DNA from: an uncultured Bacteroidales bacterium
GTDB lineage: Bacteria > Bacteroidota > Bacteroidia > Bacteroidales > FEN-979
Assembly (NCBI GenBank): GCA_903913885.1
Contig: CAIWMX010000040.1
Location: 2,636 to 66,635 of the forward strand
Direction: 5' to 3'
DNA length: 64,000 nucleotides
Part shown: positions 25,881 through 35,045 of the stretch, one piece after another
How the letters are laid out: every line of letters starts with the position of its first letter
Position numbering within the stretch: position 1 is the first letter of the stretch
The notes under the pieces: generated by a model
What the model was told of the DNA's origin: nothing
The model's input: only the letters and a program-made list of their open reading frames with translations
The model's database searches: none
Position numbers and translations under genes: made by a program

Positions 25881-27929
25881 CTAGCGTTTATGGGCCAACA
25901 AGTTCGACAGGGCCTCTTTTGTCTTTCCCGGTAGCGATATTCCGGCCCGTTCGATGTCGGCGATATCCCCCAGCGGGATGTTCTTCTGCTGTGCCGTTTG
26001 CCGAGCGAAGTCAAGGTTTCGTGAAGCCTGGTCGAAGTCGCCGTTCATCACGAAAGCCGCGGCAAGGCCAAGGAAGGCCTCGAGGCTGCCATTGTCGATG
26101 CGCAGGCAGTGCCTGAAATTGTCGATGGCCTTGGCGGTTTGCCCGCCCTCCAGTTGGCAGTTCCCAAGCACGGTGTACAGTTCGGGCCGGTACGGATCGA
26201 GCCTGATGCCCTTTTCGGCATACAGGGCGCAGGAATCAAATTTCATTTCACTCATCAGCATGATGCTCAGCCCGGTGCAGGCGGTCACATTTTCGGGTTC
26301 AATTTCAAGGACTTTTTTAAAATCCGCAACAGCCTGCCCGGCCTGCCCCATGTTGCCATAGGTGACGCCCCGGTTGAATAGCGCCTTCGCGTTCTTCGGA
26401 TCGAGCCTCACCGCCTCCGAAAAATCGGCGACCGCCTTTTCCGGCTGGCCCGTAAAGCCGTAAACCATGCCGCGGTCGGCGTATACCCCGGCTGATGCCG
26501 GACCGATGGCCAGGGCCGTGGTGTAATCTTCGATTGCCGGCCTCCACTCCTGACGGAGCGTGTAGGATATCCCCCGATTCACGTATGGCTCAAAACTCCG
26601 TCCGGGATACTGGTCAATCACATTGCTCCAAAGCGACACGCCATCTTCCCAAACGTGGCTGCGTGAAAAGGTCACAGGCACGCAAACAAGAGCGAGAAGC
26701 GACAGCACGGAGAGGACCACGATCCTTTTTCTTTCGTCTTTTTTCACCAGCGATTGGGCACACCACACCACGATGAAGATCAGCCCGAAGTAAGGGATGT
26801 AGGAATACCTGTCGGAAAAAAAGGTTATCCCCACGGCAAAGATCTGCAGCAGGAAGAAAATGTTGACGAGGAAGAACATCATGCCGAAGGCAATCACCCT
26901 GCCCTTCTTTGCCGACCGGTACACCGCGAAGATAAGGGCCAAAAGCAATACCGGGTTAATAAACCGTATCCATACCATGGTGAAGCCTGTCATCACCGGG
27001 TAGGGATAGATGGCGCTCTGGGCATAGGGAACCACGAATTTGACCAGGTAGCCGCTGAAGGCATACAGCGCATAAAAAACCCGGTCGGAAAGCGACAACA
27101 TTTTGTCGGCCTGCAAAAACTCGGGCAGCTTCAGCCCGACCCTGTAGAGAATCAGTATTCCCGCCAGTCCGAAGATCAGGGAGAGCACGAAATAGGGTAT
27201 CTTCTCCGTAATGAGCTTCACCCGGAAAGGCCGTTGCAGCAGGAAATCGATAAGGAGCAGGGTCAGCGGCAGGGTAACAGCTTCAATTTTTGAGAGTAGC
27301 GATCCAAGGAATAACAGGATACTGTAAAGCAGGAGCCTGGAATTACGGACAGGACCGGTGACATAGCGGATGTACATGATGATGGAAGCCATGTAGAACA
27401 CGCCATAAAGCACATCTTTCCGTTCGGTGATCCAGGCTACCGATTCAACGCGCATGGGATGGATCCCGAAGAGCAGCGCGCCGAATACCGCATACACCAG
27501 GTCGATCCCAAGCATCTGCAGGATCCTGAAAACGAGCAGCGTGCACAGGATGTGCAGGAGCAGGTTCGTTACATGGAACGGCAGCGGGTTCTCGCCAAAG
27601 AGCCGGTATTCGATGGCGAAGGTAAGCAACGGCAGCGGGACATAACTGCCGTTCACGGGCCGGGTGAACATCTGGCGCACATGCTCCCCGGTGGGTTCCT
27701 TCACCAGCGGGTTGGCTGTCACATATTTTTCGTCATCCCAGGTTGGCATGAACCCGCCTTTGAGCGCGGGGAAAAAGGAGATAAACGTGACAACCGCAAT
27801 CACGAGGCCATAATAGAATGTCCTGGAGGTGAAAAATTGTCTCCAGTTTTCAGGCAGGACTGTCAGCATTTCAGGAGATTTTTCAACCGGCACCCGTGTT
27901 TGTGCGGCTGGGATGTTGCTCTTTGCCAT
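25881..27929 (-). CDS. polytopic membrane protein with C-terminal TPR repeats (TMTC/PMT-like GT-C glycosyltransferase candidate)
   Basis: About 10-12 hydrophobic segments followed by about 7 TPR-like repeats (AIEDYTTALAIGP.., AVADFSEAVRLDPKNAKALFNRG..). Start set at MAKSNIPAAQ (27929) instead of the ORF-track start 28088. Confidence 0.7.
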   Translation of the reverse strand: MAKSNIPAAQTRVPVEKSPEMLTVLPENWRQFFTSRTFYYGLVIAVVTFISFFPALKGGFMPTWDDEKYVTANPLVKEPTGEHVRQMFTRPVNGSYVPLPLLTFAIEYRLFGENPLPFHVTNLLLHILCTLLVFRILQMLGIDLVYAVFGALLFGIHPMRVESVAWITERKDVLYGVFYMASIIMYIRYVTGPVRNSRLLLYSILLFLGSLLSKIEAVTLPLTLLLIDFLLQRPFRVKLITEKIPYFVLSLIFGLAGILILYRVGLKLPEFLQADKMLSLSDRVFYALYAFSGYLVKFVVPYAQSAIYPYPVMTGFTMVWIRFINPVLLLALIFAVYRSAKKGRVIAFGMMFFLVNIFFLLQIFAVGITFFSDRYSYIPYFGLIFIVVWCAQSLVKKDERKRIVVLSVLSLLALVCVPVTFSRSHVWEDGVSLWSNVIDQYPGRSFEPYVNRGISYTLRQEWRPAIEDYTTALAIGPASAGVYADRGMVYGFTGQPEKAVADFSEAVRLDPKNAKALFNRGVTYGNMGQAGQAVADFKKVLEIEPENVTACTGLSIMLMSEMKFDSCALYAEKGIRLDPYRPELYTVLGNCQLEGGQTAKAIDNFRHCLRIDNGSLEAFLGLAAAFVMNGDFDQASRNLDFARQTAQQKNIPLGDIADIERAGISLPGKTKEALSNLLAHKR

Positions 27930-28148
27930 GGTTACTGTTATTGCTTTGAACGGGGTAAAAATATAAAAATTTGACCTGTTATCATGGTACCTGATAAAAT
28001 TAACCAGATTGGAATTCTGATTGATCACGGTCATATCCGGAAATCTGCAAATAACCTGGAAAATACCCGGTGCAGATATTGTTACCATAAAGAGGATAAA
28101 GAATTTAATCTAGGTTTCTGGGCGAATTACAAATATCCCGGCAAAGCT

Positions 28149-28266
28149 GGCCCCATAGGGGCCATATGTTGGTAGCATGGTCCCGGGTAATACAATCTCG
28201 TCCCGTACGGGACGAAATGAGGGTCATGCCATCCAATATTCTACCAACATATGATGCCTCCGGCAT
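28149..28266. repeat. hairpin/MITE-like intergenic element, copy 2 (core tcgtcccgtacgggacgaaat)
   Basis: Core at 28198-28218 is identical over 21 nt to 9637-9657. Outer inverted repeat catatgttggtag (28163-28175) / ctaccaacatatg (28241-28253). Small flanking hairpins ggcccc-ata-ggggcc and atgcc-tcc-ggcat. Confidence 0.75.
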
Positions 28267-28391
28267 AAAGTCCCCGGACTCGAGCAAAAAATTGCTGTTA
28301 TCAAACGACCATTCTAAAAATGGAACTCCGTAACAGGCAAAAAAAATGGCCTCCGCGATAACGGAAGCCATCTCGTTACAACAAATCGTTG

Positions 28392-29444
28392 TTAGATCTT
28401 TACAATTTTGTTGACCACAACCTGCTTGTCGAAGGTGAAGCGGATGTAATAGACACCCGGGGCAAGAACATGTGTAAGGGCATCGAGTTCGCCGGTATGA
28501 AGACCTTCGGTCTGGATCTGGTTTTTAACAAGACGCACGCTGTATTTGCCCGACATGTCATACACGTCGATGGAAACCGGCAGCTGTTTTCTCAGGAAAT
28601 AGTTGTAGGTAAGTTTTTCGCGGAAAGGGTTCGGGAACACGATCACCGAAACATCGGAGGTTTCAACCTGGCTTCCCGGGGTAGTCGCACCGGCGGTGGT
28701 GTTGCCGTCGTTATGCTGTGTGGTATTGGTGTAAGCCGTTTTAGTGATCTCAGGAGCTCCGCCGCTATAGCGGTTTTCAACGATACCGATATTCATCACC
28801 GGGTACCTGAAACCGGGGGCGTACCAGAAATATTTAACGATGTTGATCTCGGTGGTGCCGCATTTGTTGATCTGCAGTCCTTTTTTCACGGATTTAACCC
28901 GCAGAACGTTTTTAATGACCATATCCGGCATGATGAGGGTGCCATAGGCATCGGCTGTTACCGTGTTGGTTCCGCTGAAATCGATCCGGTAATCGCCGTT
29001 AAAAAAGGCAACGCCGGTAAAAGGATCGGTGAACTGGTCGCCGTATGAAAACGGGTATTTCATTTTTATCACAGGATCAGAATAATTCAGGGTCATCTTT
29101 TTCTCCGTGTTGACATAACCGCGTTCTTCGAGCATATTCACGTTTGAATTCATGAAATAGTCGTAACCGTTGTCTTTAAGGAGCACATTGTATTCGGAAA
29201 CCCCGGCAGTTTTCAGGTTGGAGGCGGGCTGCAGCACACTCGGCAGGCTTTTCCCGGAATACTGCACTTTTGAGAAATCCCAGATCTGGTTGGGGCCGTC
29301 GTTTCCCGGCTCAACGAACTGAATCTCCCGGTAGGCGGACGAATCGCCTGCCGCCAGGCTGTTATTCCTGTATGTCAGGGTGTTCTGGGCGAACATCCCC
29401 AGCGACATCAATAATAAGATAGAGGTAAAGCGTATATTTTTCAT
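28392..29444 (-). CDS. T9SS type-A C-terminal sorting domain-containing secreted protein
   Basis: Signal peptide MKNIRFTSILLLMSLGMFAQ. C-terminus VFPNPFREKLTYNY...VSIDVYDMSGK...LAPGVYYIRF. Confidence 0.8.
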   Translation of the reverse strand: MKNIRFTSILLLMSLGMFAQNTLTYRNNSLAAGDSSAYREIQFVEPGNDGPNQIWDFSKVQYSGKSLPSVLQPASNLKTAGVSEYNVLLKDNGYDYFMNSNVNMLEERGYVNTEKKMTLNYSDPVIKMKYPFSYGDQFTDPFTGVAFFNGDYRIDFSGTNTVTADAYGTLIMPDMVIKNVLRVKSVKKGLQINKCGTTEINIVKYFWYAPGFRYPVMNIGIVENRYSGGAPEITKTAYTNTTQHNDGNTTAGATTPGSQVETSDVSVIVFPNPFREKLTYNYFLRKQLPVSIDVYDMSGKYSVRLVKNQIQTEGLHTGELDALTHVLAPGVYYIRFTFDKQVVVNKIVKI

Positions 29445-29603
29445 AGGATATCATTTTTTTACAAAAATAGCTATTTTTTCATGGGCTGGAATTTTAATTT
29501 GTTAAATTTTTGCTAAAAGTGGCTTAACAATTTCATTCACCGGACTCCCTGTGGTGCCGGTGATTTTGGTATCTTTACCGCAATTTAACGAAACCTCTTT
29601 GAT

Positions 29604-30440
29604 ATGAAATATATAGGAGCACATGTAAGCGCATCCGGTGGTGTTGAAAACGCACCGGTAAATGCGCATGAGATCGGGGCAAAAGCCTTCGCCCTGTTCA
29701 CGAAGAACCAACGCCAGTGGAAATCGGCGCCGCTTGCCAAGAGCAGCATCGTCCTTTTTAAGGAGAACTGCGAAAAATTCGGCTTTAAGCCCTTGCATAT
29801 ACTTCCTCACGACAGCTACCTGATCAACCTGGGCCACCCCGAGCAGGAAGGGCTGGATAAATCGCGGGAGGCATTCCTTGATGAGATGAGCCGGTGCGAA
29901 GAGCTTGGCCTCGACCGGCTGAACTTCCACCCGGGAGGATCGCTGGCGAAGATCAGTGACGAGGAGTGCCTGAAGCGTATTGCCGAATCAATCAACATCA
30001 CGCTTGACCAAACCAGGGGTGTGATCGCGGTGATCGAGAATACGGCCGGCCAGGGCAGCAACCTGGGGTTCAAATTTGAGCAGATCGGGTTTATCATCAG
30101 CCTGGTGGAAGACAAGAGCCGGGTGGGTGTCTGCATTGATACCTGCCACTCCTTTGCCGCAGGGTATGATCTCACATCCGATGAGGCGTTTACCGCCACC
30201 TTCAGGAATTTCGAAGAGGCCATTGGTTTTCAATACCTGAAGGGCATGCACATCAACGATTCGAAGAAGGGGTTGGGAAGCCGGGTCGACCGCCACGACA
30301 GCCTTGGAAAAGGCACGCTGGGACTCGAGGTATTCAGGAGGCTGATGCACGACCCCCGGTTCGACGATATTCCCCTGATCCTCGAAACCCCCGATGAAAC
30401 CATCTGGAAGGAGGAAATCCAGCTGTTATACAGCCTCTAA
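29604..30440 (+). CDS. nfo: deoxyribonuclease IV (endonuclease IV)
   Basis: 278 aa. [32 protein letters not shown] and HINDSK match the Nfo metal-binding blocks. Confidence 0.95.
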   Translation: MKYIGAHVSASGGVENAPVNAHEIGAKAFALFTKNQRQWKSAPLAKSSIVLFKENCEKFGFKPLHILPHDSYLINLGHPEQEGLDKSREAFLDEMSRCEELGLDRLNFHPGGSLAKISDEECLKRIAESINITLDQTRGVIAVIENTAGQGSNLGFKFEQIGFIISLVEDKSRVGVCIDTCHSFAAGYDLTSDEAFTATFRNFEEAIGFQYLKGMHINDSKKGLGSRVDRHDSLGKGTLGLEVFRRLMHDPRFDDIPLILETPDETIWKEEIQLLYSL

Positions 30441-31499
30441 GCGCTCAAGCAAAGCTTCCGACAGTTTCCATAACTGCCTGCAGTTCGCCTGATCGGCCGC
30501 CTTTTCATCCACCTCTTTCCTGCTCATCAGGAAAAGGTAGTCGAAGGATTTTCCCTCCTCATCGGGGGAGGCAGCCAGGTAGCTCACCGGGACAGCCGCT
30601 TTGGCCGGCGACCTGAAGAAGATACCGAACACCAGCCTGAGCAGCGGTGTGAAAACCTTCGGGGCTTCACGTGCAATGTTTGAATTGACAGGCCCGGGAC
30701 AAAGGGCGAACACAGATGCACTGACCATTGCACCCGTATTTATCCGGCGCGACAGTTCCACGGCAAAGGTGGTGAGCAGCAGTTTGTAATATCCGTAAAG
30801 TTCTATGGACTTCCCGATCTGGTAATCGCGGTATTTCCCAAAATCGTTCCATTCAAATTTTTCAGGATTGCGGTGGCTTTCGGATGCCACGAAAATGATC
30901 CGCGGAATAACAGGATTCAACCCGTCAGCAACAGCTGCGGTCTGGTTCTGCTGAACCTGCGGCTGGCAAGTGATTTCGCGGTTTGCAAAACAATGGTTTT
31001 CAATAAGCAACTTCAAAAAAATGAATTTCGAGAAGTAATTCACCATAAACATCTCTTCCAGCCCCTGCGGTGTCTTCCGGCTTTGTTTGGGAACGATCCC
31101 GGCATTGCACACCAGGATGTCGATTCCGCCTCCTCCCCCGCTTCCCGTGCCGGTAGTTTTACGGATATTCTCTACCAACTGCCTGATCGAGCGGGTATCG
31201 GCGAAGTCAACCTGCAGCATATGAACATCCTGGTTCCCTGAAAGCTTTTTCACCAGCTCGCCCTTTTCGGGGATGCCGCTGCGGCAGGCCATGATCAGAC
31301 TGGCTCCTCTTTTTGCCATATCAACCGCCACGGCAAACCCCAGGCCTGAACTTGCCCCGTCGACCAGCACGGTCTTGCCGTCGAGACGGTCTGACGGTTT
31401 CAGTTCTCCCGCCGGTTCATGTTTGCGGAAGAGGTCGCTTATCCCTGTGAGGGTTGCCGACACGGGGTTGTTGTATTTTTTCTGCTTTTTATCTGCCAT
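30426..31499 (-). CDS. SDR family oxidoreductase (long form, 357 aa)
   Basis: [13 protein letters not shown] cofactor motif and LVCNAG. There is an unusual Gly-run insertion [10 protein letters not shown] before the NAG block. It overlaps the upstream sulfotransferase gene by 11 nt. Confidence 0.75.
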   Translation of the reverse strand: MADKKQKKYNNPVSATLTGISDLFRKHEPAGELKPSDRLDGKTVLVDGASSGLGFAVAVDMAKRGASLIMACRSGIPEKGELVKKLSGNQDVHMLQVDFADTRSIRQLVENIRKTTGTGSGGGGGIDILVCNAGIVPKQSRKTPQGLEEMFMVNYFSKFIFLKLLIENHCFANREITCQPQVQQNQTAAVADGLNPVIPRIIFVASESHRNPEKFEWNDFGKYRDYQIGKSIELYGYYKLLLTTFAVELSRRINTGAMVSASVFALCPGPVNSNIAREAPKVFTPLLRLVFGIFFRSPAKAAVPVSYLAASPDEEGKSFDYLFLMSRKEVDEKAADQANCRQLWKLSEALLERLEAV

Positions 31500-32808
31500 A
31501 ATGGTTGTTGAATATTTCCTGGTAACGGGTGGTGTGTTGGTCGATATCGGCTTCGGTCAGTCCAAAATCTGCCAGCGCGTAATGGTGCATCCCGTTTTTA
31601 CGGTGCGGGTGTTCCAGTTCATGCTGCCTGAATTTTTCAGCCAGTTCCGGCGTCATGCCCCCGTTCTGCTTATAGATCAGGGATAACGCATCTACGGAAT
31701 CGCTGAGAAGGTCCTTGTAAAAGATATCGGTAAACCTGGACTCATTCCCGTCCTTCAACCGGTATTCCAGCGCCTGTTCAAGCATGTAGCCCGTTTTGCG
31801 CACCCAGTGTGCGGCAACCTGCCGCTCGTCGACCTCGTTGCTGAAGATCCTCCGGTTGCAGGTAACCATGCTCAGGAACGATGGCACCGATTCATACAGG
31901 CTCCGGTGGGGCCACACGAAATGCACCTCCCCAAAGTTTTTTTCTATCAAACCCGGGAATTCGAGATGGTGCGGGGTTTTCAGGATCCACCGTTTGGCCG
32001 GTTTTATCCACTGAAGGAATTTCAGCAGCTTCGCGGCGTAGGCATAGGCGGGCGACTGGTCGGTGTTTTCGAGCCACGACGAATAGGAAGGCACATGCAT
32101 CATGGCTTCCGGCGTGGTGCTCAGGAAGCTGACGTCGAGCATGAGGATGTCCTCTTCCGGCTGCATGGCGTCGATGGGATGGATCGCAAAAAACCCGGGC
32201 GACATGAGTTTCAGGGCCTTCACGGAGATGCTGGCGACGGAGGGGCGTTTGTCGCGGGGGTGGGGGTATGGTTGTTGTAAATGGTGATCGGGTGACAGGG
32301 TGATAGGGTGACAGGGTGACAGGTCATACAGGTCCAGGTTCATCGGCATGGGGTTGATCACCTCCCAACTGGGGATGACGCGGTGGTCGGGGTCGACGGC
32401 AAGCAGGCGCTGGAGCTTGGTGGTGCCGGTTCGCTGCAGCCCGACGATGATCCAGGCGGGGCAAAGCTCCTGCTCAAGGATCTCCGGGTGCTTTTTGAAG
32501 AAATACTCGGCCCGGAGCCGGATACCGAGCAGACTGACAAACCGTTCGCCTGTGATGAACCGCCCGATCGGATGTAGATTCGCCTCCTCATTCACGGCTT
32601 GTAACAGTCTGTCGAGCGGCTCATCCATGAAATCCTTCCCCAGGTCAGTCAGCCCGGTGCTCTTCCTGGCTGCGCGAATCAGTCCGTCTTTGTCCAGGCT
32701 GATGCGTGTGCCTGCGGCATAGGTTCCCTGCCAGATGCGGTTGATCGCGCTGAACCATGCCGGGCTTTGGCTGAATTGCTTAATGGTGGTGGGGTTAGAG
32801 GAGGTCAT
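31489..32808 (-). CDS. sulfotransferase family protein
   Basis: 5'-PSB-like loop IVGLQRTGTTKLQRLL; 439 aa. Contains an in-frame microsatellite-derived insert. Confidence 0.75.
   Translation of the reverse strand: MTSSNPTTIKQFSQSPAWFSAINRIWQGTYAAGTRISLDKDGLIRAARKSTGLTDLGKDFMDEPLDRLLQAVNEEANLHPIGRFITGERFVSLLGIRLRAEYFFKKHPEILEQELCPAWIIVGLQRTGTTKLQRLLAVDPDHRVIPSWEVINPMPMNLDLYDLSPCHPITLSPDHHLQQPYPHPRDKRPSVASISVKALKLMSPGFFAIHPIDAMQPEEDILMLDVSFLSTTPEAMMHVPSYSSWLENTDQSPAYAYAAKLLKFLQWIKPAKRWILKTPHHLEFPGLIEKNFGEVHFVWPHRSLYESVPSFLSMVTCNRRIFSNEVDERQVAAHWVRKTGYMLEQALEYRLKDGNESRFTDIFYKDLLSDSVDALSLIYKQNGGMTPELAEKFRQHELEHPHRKNGMHHYALADFGLTEADIDQHTTRYQEIFNNHYGR
32283..32322. repeat. 8-bp tandem array (ggtgacag-like x5) inside the sulfotransferase coding sequence
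   Basis: ggtgatcg ggtgacag ggtgatag ggtgacag ggtgacag, read in the gene as ..DLSPCHPITLSPDHH.. Confidence 0.85.
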
Positions 32809-32836
32809 CGGGGGTTATGGGGTTTGGTGGGCGGGT

Positions 32837-32908
32837 GGACAGGCGGACAGGCGGACAGGTGGACAGGCGGACAGGCGGACAGGTGGACAGGCGGACAGGT
32901 GGACATGG
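32837..32908. repeat. 8-bp tandem array (ggacaggc/ggacaggt, 9 units), intergenic
   Basis: Direct reading. The last-base unit pattern is C C T C C T C T, then a degenerate unit. Confidence 0.92.
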
Positions 32909-32930
32909 GCACAGATGAACAGAAATTAGT

Positions 32931-32961
32931 AATTTTTAATTTTTAATTTTTAATTTTTAAT
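32931..32961. repeat. AT-only 7-bp tandem array (aattttt x4) abutting a stop codon
   Basis: aatttttaatttttaatttttaatttttaa ends at the stop of the 32961-34139 gene. Confidence 0.85.
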
Positions 32962-34139
32962 TATTTCTCCTCCCTTTTCACTTCGCAACAAGGCTCGACT
33001 ACTGCCCTGTCCCCTGCTTTGATCCTGTACCACCTCCACAACATGGTGCCTTCGTTGTGGCCGCAGGTGTTGATCCAATTAGGTGTTCCCGGGTCGGTGT
33101 GGGCGACGACGACCTTTACGGAGCCGTCGGGTTCATATATGGCAGTGGCTTTATTGATGCAGATGGTGAAATAACGGTAATCGAGCGATTCCATCCAGTA
33201 GTTGTTGAGCTGGAAGTTCCATGAATCGCAGTCAGGCGGTTTAACCGTGATCACGAGCGATTCATTGTCCGCCAGTTTCCAGTAACTGTGGTAATAAATA
33301 ATGCTGGCATCGCCCCCTGCCGCATTTGACACCTCAGGGTCAAACAGGGGGAGTTTGTTGGTATGTTTCTGAAATCCGTTGGCCCACCTGGCAAAGAGTA
33401 AAGAAGCCCCTGCCACGAACATCGACGCGGTTTTCAGTCCTTCGTCGATCATGGCAGGCGTTATAGGTTCGGGTGCTGTGCGGCCATCGAGGTTTTCAAT
33501 AGTGATTTCCGACGGTGTCTCAGTAAAACGGTCCAGGAAGGTCTGTCGAACCATCACCATCGAGGTTGCTGGTTCAGTTTTCAGCCAGTTTTTGCCGGTG
33601 GGCGTGGGGCCCAGGATAATCTCAAAGCTGCCGTCATCGTCAATGACCAGGTCGGTGTGTTCAAGCACGCCACAGGGCGACATTCCCCCGGTGGTGCCAT
33701 AATTGCCGTTTTGAGTAAAAAACCCTATGTAGTGCACCGAATTCCGTTTCCCGCGGATGCGATAGCTGTATTTCCCGCTGATCTGGGCATTGAAGTAATA
33801 GTTGTCAGGGTTATCTGCCCCCATTTTCACTGTTTCATGAGCCAGCCGGCGCAATACCGGGAATGCCGGGTCGCAGTACTCCACGAATGCCTCCAGTCCG
33901 CCGCGCGTGAGCCGGGTGAGGTAACGCAGCCCTTCGGCCTGGTTGAAAGCGTCCCGCGGTGTGCCCGGGTACATGAGCGAGGCGCCGGCCGATTTCAGGT
34001 TATCGCAAAATTCATCCCATGATTTACCGATTACCACGCGCTGCGCATGGATGTCGTCTTCCGTTTTCCCCCGGAGTTTTAAACCGAATTGACGGAAGGC
34101 CTTCAGCATGCCCAAAAAGAGAAACAAGAGCTTTCTCAT
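32961..34139 (-). CDS. hypothetical protein, DUF1214-like (assignment tentative)
   Basis: 392-aa ORF. Blocks such as GADNPDNYYF, GKNWLKT and PNWINTCGHNEGTMLWRW resemble DUF1214-type proteins as I remember them. No catalytic motif recognised. Confidence 0.5.
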   Translation of the reverse strand: MRKLLFLFLGMLKAFRQFGLKLRGKTEDDIHAQRVVIGKSWDEFCDNLKSAGASLMYPGTPRDAFNQAEGLRYLTRLTRGGLEAFVEYCDPAFPVLRRLAHETVKMGADNPDNYYFNAQISGKYSYRIRGKRNSVHYIGFFTQNGNYGTTGGMSPCGVLEHTDLVIDDDGSFEIILGPTPTGKNWLKTEPATSMVMVRQTFLDRFTETPSEITIENLDGRTAPEPITPAMIDEGLKTASMFVAGASLLFARWANGFQKHTNKLPLFDPEVSNAAGGDASIIYYHSYWKLADNESLVITVKPPDCDSWNFQLNNYWMESLDYRYFTICINKATAIYEPDGSVKVVVAHTDPGTPNWINTCGHNEGTMLWRWYRIKAGDRAVVEPCCEVKREEK

Positions 34140-34188
34140 GTTGAATATTATTACCTATTATTGCAGAATCGGCAAAGATAGAAAAATC

Positions 34189-34992
34189 ATGGCATCACTT
34201 TTGGAACAATATGGAAAATGGGCCCTCGTGGCAGGCGCTGCCGAAGGGATCGGCGCAGGTTTCACCAGGTCGCTTGCAGCCGCCGGGTTTAACATTATTC
34301 TCGCTGACCGGGATGAAAAAGCGATGCATGACCTTGCCCTGGAAATTAAACGGGATTATCATACGGAATCGGTGGAGCTGCACCTCGACCTGGCTGCAGC
34401 CGATGCCGAAGCGCAATGCATGAAGGCTGCTTCGGCCGCCGACTGCCGACTATTGGTCTATGTTGCTGCGTACAGCAAGGTTCGCCGTTTTACCGACCTC
34501 GACCGCCGCGACCTCGATGGGTTCCTGTCGGTCAACATGAGGACGCTGCTCTACCTGGTCCACAGTTTTTCGAACCGGCTGATCGCTGCAGGCAAACCCG
34601 GTGGTATTGTGCTGGTGTCATCGCTGGCCGGCCTGTTCGGCCCGCAGTATGTCGCAACCTACGCGGCCACCAAATCGTTCAGCATCCGGCTGGCTGAAGC
34701 ACTTCACGACGAGCTGAAGTCCAATGGCATCGACATCACGGTGTGCTGCTCGGGCACCGTTTCGACGCCGACCTACCGGGAAAGCAATCCCAGTTTCGAT
34801 AAAATGAAACCATCCTTTATGACACCGGAAGCAGTTGCCGGGTATGCACTGAGCCAGCTAGGGGTAAAAACCATCTGCATCCCCGGCCTGGTTAACCGCC
34901 TGCAATATTTCTTCCTGATGAACCTGATCCCCCGTTCGCTGGCAAGACAGCTGGTCAACAACGCGATGAAAAAAATGTATGGGTCGATATAA
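34189..34992 (+). CDS. SDR family oxidoreductase
   Basis: LVAGAAEGIGAGF and YAATKSF (YxxxK). ATG at 34189 is preferred over the ORF-track start 34108, which would overlap the divergent gene. Confidence 0.82.
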   Translation: MASLLEQYGKWALVAGAAEGIGAGFTRSLAAAGFNIILADRDEKAMHDLALEIKRDYHTESVELHLDLAAADAEAQCMKAASAADCRLLVYVAAYSKVRRFTDLDRRDLDGFLSVNMRTLLYLVHSFSNRLIAAGKPGGIVLVSSLAGLFGPQYVATYAATKSFSIRLAEALHDELKSNGIDITVCCSGTVSTPTYRESNPSFDKMKPSFMTPEAVAGYALSQLGVKTICIPGLVNRLQYFFLMNLIPRSLARQLVNNAMKKMYGSI

Positions 34993-35010
34993 ATTTACCA
35001 GATAATTTCG

Positions 35011-35018
35011 TATATTTG
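35011..35018 (+). promoter_or_regulatory. Bacteroidetes-type -7 box
   Basis: tatatttg lies 28 nt upstream of the ATG at 35046. Confidence 0.4.
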
Positions 35019-35045
35019 TGGGGAATATCAGGTTATAAACACAAT

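Noticed and set aside
29502-29930. 142-aa minus-strand ORF overlapping the 5' part of nfo
   Set aside because: nfo has unambiguous endonuclease IV motifs from its first residues. The antisense ORF has no motif and would leave no room for the nfo promoter.
31120-31165. Gly-run insert ([10 protein letters not shown]) in the 357-aa SDR as another microsatellite insertion
   Set aside because: The DNA here is low-complexity (ccgcctcctcccccgcttccc) but shows no clear tandem unit. I keep it as a note, not as a repeat feature.
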